DNA from: a virus
IMG/VR virus record: IMGVR_UViG_3300017971_000201
Location: 32,001-96,000 of that record
Length of the DNA stretch: 64,000 bases
Direction: 5' to 3' (one strand)
The first letter of the stretch is position 1; the number at the start of each line of letters is the position of its first letter. The notes under the pieces were generated by a model. The model ran no database searches, was not told the origin of the DNA, and was given only the letters and a program-made list of their open reading frames with translations. The position numbers and the translations under genes are program-made. Of this stretch, positions 1 through 6,418 are shown piece by piece.

Positions 1-101
1 GTGGTGTGACAGTCGGCTGCGCCCTCGCGCCACGCGCTGTACAACTCCTCGATGAGGTGCTTCACCAGAGCCACAAGTTGCCTCTCGCGCTCGGCGGTCA
101 C
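1..101 (-). CDS. hypothetical protein (5' part; runs off window)
   Basis: GTG at 101 overlaps the TGA of the upstream gene (GTGA). Frame is open to the window edge: MTAERERQLVALVKHLIEELYSAW... Confidence 0.5.
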   Translation of the reverse strand, partial: MTAERERQLVALVKHLIEELYSAWREGAADCHT

Positions 102-709
102 GCCTCCTCCTCCTCCTCCTCCTCGCGCTCCCGAGACCGAACACGCAGCTTCGCGAGGAACGGGCCGATGATCGGATCGGTCTTGTTCTCGGCGGCGGCC
201 CTCAAGAGCAGCTCGACCATGCCGCCGGCGTCCTGAAAGGCGCGGACCGACGCCTCGGCCTCTTCGATCGATGCTCGCTGCGCGCACGAGGTGAGGAAGC
301 CGGACAGCCCGTTGCGGTATCGCTCGAAGGCCGCCTTGATAGCGTCTTCGCGGTCCTGGTCGGCGGCCTCAACATCGGTCCTGTTGACCATGCTGGTCTC
401 CAGGATCGACAGGAACTCGCGGATGAGGTTCATCCGCTCCTCCCCCGGAGGAACCGTCCACTCCTTCGGGAGGGTCTCCGCCTCCGGGTGGGGTTCCTTC
501 CAGATGAGACGGCCCTCGCGCATCGTGGCGTCGGCATCGGCGTTGAGCTTCTCGCACACCGACGAGATACCGGCCCGAGCCTCGTCGTCGAACTCGTAGA
601 TCGGCATCGGGCCGACCGCCAGATCGATGTTGGCAACCGAGTCGGCGACCAGCTGACCAGCCGCGTCGGGTGGGAGTGCGAGCAACTGTTCAGTCGTGTA
701 TGCGGCCAT
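98..709 (-). CDS. hypothetical protein
   Basis: ATG at 709 lies 1 nt after the VWA gene stop. Protein-like composition with an acidic poly-E tail. Confidence 0.7.
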   Translation of the reverse strand: MAAYTTEQLLALPPDAAGQLVADSVANIDLAVGPMPIYEFDDEARAGISSVCEKLNADADATMREGRLIWKEPHPEAETLPKEWTVPPGEERMNLIREFLSILETSMVNRTDVEAADQDREDAIKAAFERYRNGLSGFLTSCAQRASIEEAEASVRAFQDAGGMVELLLRAAAENKTDPIIGPFLAKLRVRSREREEEEEEEA

Positions 710-710
710 C

Positions 711-1982
711 CTAGTACTCCTCATCCTCGTCGCCCTTGTCGTCGGGAATCGAGATGTGGTCACCCCAGGTCGTGGTCGGCGGCTTGTAGTCGCCCGTGGT
801 GACCCAGAGGCACCCCTGCATGTTGACGGGCATCCCGTTGGGCACGTCGATCATGCCGTCGGTGAACGCGATCACCGCACCGTCGAACCCGTCTTCGTCG
901 AGCAGCTCGAAGGCCGGGCAGAAGTTCGACCCGCCGCCGCCCTTCACCTCGATCTCGCACGCCTCCTCGACGGTCATGTCCGTGTGGACCGCCGCGTCGC
1001 AGACGATCGCGCGTATCTCGCAGCCCATCTCGTCCATGATCCCCTGGGCCTCGGACATCCCGCGCCGGATCTCGCGCTGGCTCATGGAGCCGGAGCTGTC
1101 GAGCAGGAAGACCACGTCGGCGTAGCCGCCCGCGCACTGCGAGGGGAGGATCGTCCCCAGGGAGTAGGACCGGCGGTTCGGCCGCAGGAACGAGTAGTCT
1201 TCGCGACGCCCGTTCTCGCCGCACCACTTCCTGAGCAGCTCGGTCCAGTCGAGCTTCGGGTGAAGCAGCTCGTCGATGTAGCGGCGCAGGCCGGCCGGAA
1301 GCGTGCCCTTGCTCTTCGAGCGCTGCTCGTGGTGAGCCGCCGCCTCGGCGAGCGTCATCTTCCACTCGTTCTCGAGCTTCTTCTGCGCCGAGCGGTCGCC
1401 GCGCGCCGCCTTCTTGCCGTTGGGCGTGCCGGCCAGGTCGTCTCGGCAGTCGCCCCAGCCCTCTCCACCCGCGCCGTTCGTGTCGACGGTGATGGAGCCG
1501 CCACCCTTGCACTTGATCTCCGTCTTCCCGGAGCCGTTGTCGCCCTTCATGAGGTAGGCGTAGATCTCCTCCATCGACATCCCGTGGAACTTGGGGTCGA
1601 GGAGCGCCCCCTTGGGCAGCTCGATCTCGCCGCACGCCATCTCCTCGATCCAGAAGTTGAAGGAGAGGTCGTGGGCGATGTTGGCGAGCAGGTGGTGCCG
1701 AGTGCCCTTCCGCGCCCAGAACAGGAGGGCCGGGTGGAGCGCCTCGTGGGCGACCACGCCGGCGATCTCCTTGTCGGAGAGCGTGGCAAGGTACTCGACG
1801 CTGAAGATGGCCGTGCCGTCCCGGGAGATCCCGGCCGTCTTGATCCCGTCTTCGGGCCGCGCGGCGCGGGGAGCCATGTTCATGGCGATCCGACCCAGGA
1901 AGGGGAGGCGCGCGACGAGCCTCGTGCGCGCCTTCCCGATCACGTAGGTGACATCGATCGCTGGGGCTTCGGAGCCGCTCAC
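711..1982 (-). CDS. putative metallopeptidase + VWA domain protein (DUF2201-like)
   Basis: HEALH zincin motif with downstream NIAHD; MIDAS LLDSSGSM, GGGGS and FTDG motifs; GTG start overlaps the AAA gene stop. Confidence 0.85.
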   Translation of the reverse strand: MSGSEAPAIDVTYVIGKARTRLVARLPFLGRIAMNMAPRAARPEDGIKTAGISRDGTAIFSVEYLATLSDKEIAGVVAHEALHPALLFWARKGTRHHLLANIAHDLSFNFWIEEMACGEIELPKGALLDPKFHGMSMEEIYAYLMKGDNGSGKTEIKCKGGGSITVDTNGAGGEGWGDCRDDLAGTPNGKKAARGDRSAQKKLENEWKMTLAEAAAHHEQRSKSKGTLPAGLRRYIDELLHPKLDWTELLRKWCGENGRREDYSFLRPNRRSYSLGTILPSQCAGGYADVVFLLDSSGSMSQREIRRGMSEAQGIMDEMGCEIRAIVCDAAVHTDMTVEEACEIEVKGGGGSNFCPAFELLDEDGFDGAVIAFTDGMIDVPNGMPVNMQGCLWVTTGDYKPPTTTWGDHISIPDDKGDEDEEY

Positions 1983-3121
1983 TTGGTCGACTCCGCGAAG
2001 AACTTGAGGACCGCGAGAACCCTCGGATCCTTCTTGTTCTTGTCGGCGGCGTCCACCAGCTTCGAGACGTCGCCACCGTTGGCCTGGAAGACCGAAACAC
2101 CAGCCGCCACGCACTCACGGCTCTTCTGGGAGACGTGCGCCAGGGCGAGGAGGAGCTTGATGTAGATCTTCTTGTCCTTGTCCTGGTTCATGGCGGCGAA
2201 CTCGCCGAGCGCCGTGACGAGCGCGGCCAGCCGGTCGGGCTCCTCGGGCGGGTGAGGCATCGCCTTCTCGGGATCGTCGAGCACTGCCTTCGGGTTCGGC
2301 AGCTCCTTCTGGAGCTTCACGAAAGAGACGAACTCGGTCCCGACGCCGGACCCGACCAGCCCCTCGGCCACGGCGCGGAGCGGACCGAAGTCGCCCTTCC
2401 CGAACTTGAGCGCATCCTCGTAGAGGAGACCGAGGTTGTGCCAGCTCCGGGGGGTGGCGAACTGACCGTTCTCCTTGTCCGCCTGGTTCGGGAGCTGGGA
2501 GAAGAACGCGGGCTTCCACGTGAGGAAGCCGCCGACCACCGGGGGGAGGCTCTGGCTCGCGGCCCAGTACATCCACTCCTCCAGCTCGGGCTCCAGGCTG
2601 ACCAGGCAGACCCGGTTGCGGAGCGGGGAGGGCAGCTCGCGGGCGCCCGCCTTGTCGCTGGCCCGGTTGCCGGTGAGGATGATCCGCACGTTGGGGCTCA
2701 GCTCGAGGTCACCCATGCTGCGCTCCTGGACGAGCTGGAAGCAGGCCGTCTGGACGGCGCGCTGCGCCTGGGTGATGTCCTCGAGCACGAGGACCCCGTA
2801 GGGATCGGAGCCGTCCGGCCCAGCCCCTTTGGCGAGCTGGCCGAGGAACTTGGGCGGGCAGAAGTCGGTGAACCGCTGCTCGGTCTTGTCGAACGTGACC
2901 GTGACCATGAACGGGACACCGCTCATGTCTTCCGGGAGGTGGCCCGTCAGCTCCCGTCTGACGGTCAGACCAGTCGTGCCCACCTTGGCGGCGCGCGCCT
3001 GCTCGGCCGCCCCGATCGCCTGGGCGAGCGCCGACTTTCCGATGCCGGGCCGGCCCAGGAAGAACAGCGGCACGCTGGGTGGTAGAACGGCCGCTAAGTT
3101 GAGGATCTCGTTGAAGTTCAT
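1979..3121 (-). CDS. MoxR-like AAA+ ATPase
   Basis: Walker A GRPGIGKS, Walker B-like VLVLED, TGNR, SPLRNR and ATPRSW motifs; adjacent to a VWA gene. Confidence 0.85.
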   Translation of the reverse strand: MNFNEILNLAAVLPPSVPLFFLGRPGIGKSALAQAIGAAEQARAAKVGTTGLTVRRELTGHLPEDMSGVPFMVTVTFDKTEQRFTDFCPPKFLGQLAKGAGPDGSDPYGVLVLEDITQAQRAVQTACFQLVQERSMGDLELSPNVRIILTGNRASDKAGARELPSPLRNRVCLVSLEPELEEWMYWAASQSLPPVVGGFLTWKPAFFSQLPNQADKENGQFATPRSWHNLGLLYEDALKFGKGDFGPLRAVAEGLVGSGVGTEFVSFVKLQKELPNPKAVLDDPEKAMPHPPEEPDRLAALVTALGEFAAMNQDKDKKIYIKLLLALAHVSQKSRECVAAGVSVFQANGGDVSKLVDAADKNKKDPRVLAVLKFFAESTK

Positions 3122-3148
3122 ATCGCTGGTTGTCTCTCCTCTGCACTG

Positions 3149-3157
3149 GTTCTACCC
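3149..3157 (-). promoter_or_regulatory. GGGTAGAAC repeated -10-like element
   Basis: Copies at 3149(-), 9777(-), 14053(-), 14091(+, GGGTATAAC), 15113(+), 63615(-) and 63653(+), all upstream of gene starts. Confidence 0.6.
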
Positions 3158-3225
3158 GGGTCTCGGGCGCGCCTGTGCCAGATTCCGAAAGAGCTGAGGA
3201 GGCGATCCGTTTCGTCTCCTCACCC

Positions 3226-3254
3226 CTCCCAACAACTCAGCGATTCATTCTCAC
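3226..3254 (-). promoter_or_regulatory. bipartite motif GTGAGAA-N11-GTTGTTGRGAG, copy 1
   Basis: One of five copies, all with an 11-nt spacer. Confidence 0.7.
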
Positions 3255-3268
3255 GAGATTTCTGGAAA

Positions 3269-3886
3269 TCAGGTTCCGGCGCCCACCGTAGGGGCCTCCC
3301 GGGCCTCCCGGGTCCAGCAGACCGGGCAGCCGGCCGCGTACTCCGAGACCCCGCCCACCTTGATCTGGCCGACCTTGGGCTCCTTGCCGATGTAGACCGA
3401 CCGGGTGGCGGTGTTGAAGGATGCGCAGAACTGGCAGTCGGCCTTGCAGTCGATCCGATGGTCGGCGCAGGCCACGATCTTGGGCATCGAGTCGCCGAAC
3501 GGCTCGCCCTCGGAGGTGGCGGGACACCCGGAAACGACTACGTCCGCCCACTGGCGGATGCGCTGGATCGACGGCCAGAGCAGATCTTCGTCGTCCCAGA
3601 GAGATGGCTCGTCGATCCAGACGACGTCCGCGCCACAGCTGGAGGCGATGCTCTCGACATCGTCGGCCGACTCGGTATCGAGGCTGGGGAACTCGTCACC
3701 GTGCTTCGTGACGAGCGTCCCCAGGCGGTCGCCCTTCTCGGGGTTCTCGGGATCTGGCCGGATGGACCGCACCGGACGGATGAGGATGACCGTCTTTCCG
3801 AGACCCTGTAGACGCTGGCAGGTCAGGAGCGCCTTGGTGCTTTTCTCGGCGTGGGTCGGGCCGACGTAGGCGATGAGCAGCTTCAT
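3269..3886 (-). CDS. tdk: thymidine kinase (type II, divergent)
   Basis: GPTHAEKST P-loop variant, DVVWIDE, SG..ATSEGEPFG, and a Zn-lasso CQFC...VGGVSEYAAGCPVC. Confidence 0.8.
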   Translation of the reverse strand: MKLLIAYVGPTHAEKSTKALLTCQRLQGLGKTVILIRPVRSIRPDPENPEKGDRLGTLVTKHGDEFPSLDTESADDVESIASSCGADVVWIDEPSLWDDEDLLWPSIQRIRQWADVVVSGCPATSEGEPFGDSMPKIVACADHRIDCKADCQFCASFNTATRSVYIGKEPKVGQIKVGGVSEYAAGCPVCWTREAREAPTVGAGT

Positions 3887-4110
3887 TCCTCGATCCTCAC
3901 GTCAATGCCCCACACGCCCTTCTCCTCGTAGGGCTCGGAGAGGGCCTCGAACACCTGCCGTGACCCGTACAGGTGGTCCTCGGGGTCGTCCGTCTCGACC
4001 CGGAAGAGGTCGCCCATCGCCAGGTCGCGCATCCGCATCCGGCGCTCTTCCCGCTGGCCGTGCTCGTCATCGGCCACGAGGATGATCTGCCGCTTGGTCC
4101 GCGTCATCAC
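3883..4110 (-). CDS. hypothetical protein
   Basis: ORF coupled to both neighbours by 4-nt overlaps. Confidence 0.65.
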   Translation of the reverse strand: MMTRTKRQIILVADDEHGQREERRMRMRDLAMGDLFRVETDDPEDHLYGSRQVFEALSEPYEEKGVWGIDVRIEE

Positions 4111-4589
4111 GCGGCTTCCTCCTCAGTCTGCTCCTCTTCCTCGAGCCGGGCCTCTCGGGCGAGCATCTCGCGCATCCGGCGCCTGGCCGCCGCGTGGTTG
4201 ATCGGCCTGGAAGCGATCTTCTCCTCCGTCCCGTTGCCGTGGTCAGCTGGACGGCCCATGTTCTCGTCGATCGTGATGATCTCGAAGTTTGCTCCGCAGG
4301 CCGGCTTGTCCGGCACTCGCGTCACGACCAGCTCGCCCTCGTTGTCGTTGCTCCAGGGATCGGCGACCTGCAAGGCCCAGTGGACGACCTCGGTCTTGCC
4401 GCACTCGAGCACCTCATGATCGGTCTCGTAGGCGATCTCCTGCACGAAGTCGATGGCCTTCTCGGCCAAGTTGCGAGCGACCTGGCGGAAACCGACGAAG
4501 CGCTTGATCCGGCGCAGCTTCGGCCTCCTCGAAACACGGCGGTACGACAGCACGATGGGCACTGTCCCGCCTTGCACGACGTTCTCCAT
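4107..4589 (-). CDS. hypothetical protein
   Basis: ATG preceded by GGAGG; lies within the operon. Confidence 0.65.
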   Translation of the reverse strand: MENVVQGGTVPIVLSYRRVSRRPKLRRIKRFVGFRQVARNLAEKAIDFVQEIAYETDHEVLECGKTEVVHWALQVADPWSNDNEGELVVTRVPDKPACGANFEIITIDENMGRPADHGNGTEEKIASRPINHAAARRRMREMLAREARLEEEEQTEEEAA

Positions 4590-4597
4590 GTCGCCTC

Positions 4598-6403
4598 CTA
4601 CAGGCCGTTCCAGTCCTTGAGAAAGAGCCGCTCTTCGGCGGCGATCTTGTTGATCTCCTCGTTGAGGTTCTCCACGTCGCCGAACTCATTCCAGTCTACG
4701 CGGAGGACGCGAGTGTAGCGCGACATCACGTCGGCGAGCATCTCGTGCTTGTCATGGATGCGGCGGAGGTAGTCGAGGGGCACGCCGGCCTCCTCGGTGC
4801 GGGCGCGGCGTTTCATGCGGTCGTGGCAGGTCTTGGGGTCAGTCCGCAGGTAGACGATCACGTCAGGGTAGCGGACAAAGCGCTTCAGCGTCCCGAACGT
4901 ATCCTCGTAGATTCCCCACTCGGCCGACGTCATGTTGCCGTCCTCGAAGACGGTCCGGCCGAAGCAGCCATCGGCGAAGATCGTGCGGTCCTGCACGACA
5001 TCGACGCCGTTGTTCGTCAGCTCAGCCGCCAGGGTGTGCTGACGGAACCGAGCCTGGAGCGCGTGCATCTGGAACGTGAACCCCCAGCGCTTGGGGTCGG
5101 CGTAGTAGAGGCCGAGCAGCTCCTTGAAGCGTCCCTTGAGCGGCTCGAACAGGACGTGGGTCGGGCCATCGTAGCCGGTACGGAGTCGCGCGAGCATGTT
5201 GGCACACTCGGTGTTGTGCGTCACCTGGAAGTTCCCGAGCAGGAACCGGCCGTCCCCGTCGAGTGTGAAGCCGGCGTAATCGCCTCGACCCAACGGCTCG
5301 ACCGTGAAGCCGAATCGCAGCGGATTCTTCTTCTGCTTGCGTGGTTGGGGCTTCTTACGCTCGACGCGCATAGGCAGGAACGTCATGTCGCCAGAGATGG
5401 ACATTCGGTAGTAGGAGCGGTCGTAGCCCGGTACGGTCTTGATCGAACGCACAACCCGCAGTCCCAGAGAGCGCGCGACGAAGGTGATGTCGTCGGCGAG
5501 ATGCTCACCCCGCTGGATGATCTCGAAGGAGCCCTTGCACAGGTGCCCGTCCGTGTCGAGAAGCCCGGCCAGCAGCCTTGCTCTGATCTCGCGCGAACCG
5601 TACTTGCAGCGCGCGGGAATGCTGTAGCCGTAGTCCCGCTGCTCCGGCGCCATCAGATGCCGCAGCTTCTCCAGCAGCGGGTTGCCTTTCCCGTCGCGCA
5701 CGAGCCCGAACGTCGGGCAGCGGTCGGGATAGTCGTAGCGGCTCAGGCGGCACCCCTCGGTTGGAGCGAAGTCGCGCAGGTAGTCAATCAGCTCCTCGTC
5801 CGGGAACGTCAGCTGGACACCCTGGCTGAGATCCTTGCGACCATCCCCCAGCCAGAGGCCGATGAAGTAGGGGTCGATCTCCGGCTCGATCACCGGCGGG
5901 AAATCGACCGGAACGGTGAACAGCTTTTGTCTCTCACGCCACGTCTTGTCACGTGTCAGGAACTCGTTGAGTGGAATGTCGATGACCTCGTCCGTCAGCG
6001 TATCCACGACGGTCAGCACGTGTACGTCGTTGCAGATCCACGACGGCGCGCGTTTCGGCTTGATCTCGAACATGGGGCCGGTGCCGCGAGTCGTCGAGCG
6101 CACCTCGCGCGGCTGGCTGTCCGGCCCCATGAGCCGCTGGCCAACCTCGAGTCCACCGGCCTTGACGGTGTGACCATCGTAGAGCAGCACCGGCGTTTCC
6201 GGGTCCAGGCACTTCCCTGTACCGATGTTGGCCTCGATCCCAACGAAGAGACCGCGCCGCTCGCGAAGGTGGGGAAGGGCCTGCATGATCGCGTTCGTGT
6301 CGATCTCCTGAATCGCCTGCATCTGGGCCTGCACGTCGGCCTCCTCGTGTTCGTCGTCTTTGGGTTGGTTGGACATGCTGTTTCCGTCCGATCCGCCGGT
6401 CAT
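4598..6403 (-). CDS. deoxynucleoside kinase (dNK family) interrupted by an intein
   Basis: IEANIGTGK|T P-loop split by the intein; FEP, YYADPKRWGFTFQ, QDRTIFAD, PDVIVYL and RRARTEE motifs. Alternative start at 6376. Confidence 0.9.
   Translation of the reverse strand: MTGGSDGNSMSNQPKDDEHEEADVQAQMQAIQEIDTNAIMQALPHLRERRGLFVGIEANIGTGKCLDPETPVLLYDGHTVKAGGLEVGQRLMGPDSQPREVRSTTRGTGPMFEIKPKRAPSWICNDVHVLTVVDTLTDEVIDIPLNEFLTRDKTWRERQKLFTVPVDFPPVIEPEIDPYFIGLWLGDGRKDLSQGVQLTFPDEELIDYLRDFAPTEGCRLSRYDYPDRCPTFGLVRDGKGNPLLEKLRHLMAPEQRDYGYSIPARCKYGSREIRARLLAGLLDTDGHLCKGSFEIIQRGEHLADDITFVARSLGLRVVRSIKTVPGYDRSYYRMSISGDMTFLPMRVERKKPQPRKQKKNPLRFGFTVEPLGRGDYAGFTLDGDGRFLLGNFQVTHNTECANMLARLRTGYDGPTHVLFEPLKGRFKELLGLYYADPKRWGFTFQMHALQARFRQHTLAAELTNNGVDVVQDRTIFADGCFGRTVFEDGNMTSAEWGIYEDTFGTLKRFVRYPDVIVYLRTDPKTCHDRMKRRARTEEAGVPLDYLRRIHDKHEMLADVMSRYTRVLRVDWNEFGDVENLNEEINKIAAEERLFLKDWNGL
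5213..6211 (-). mobile_element. intein with LAGLIDADG homing endonuclease (333 aa)
   Basis: Starts CLDPETPV; block B CNDVHVL; LAGLIDADG motifs IGLWLGDG and LAGLLDTDG; ends VTHN followed by extein Thr. Confidence 0.92.
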
Positions 6404-6418
6404 ATACCATCCGCGTCT

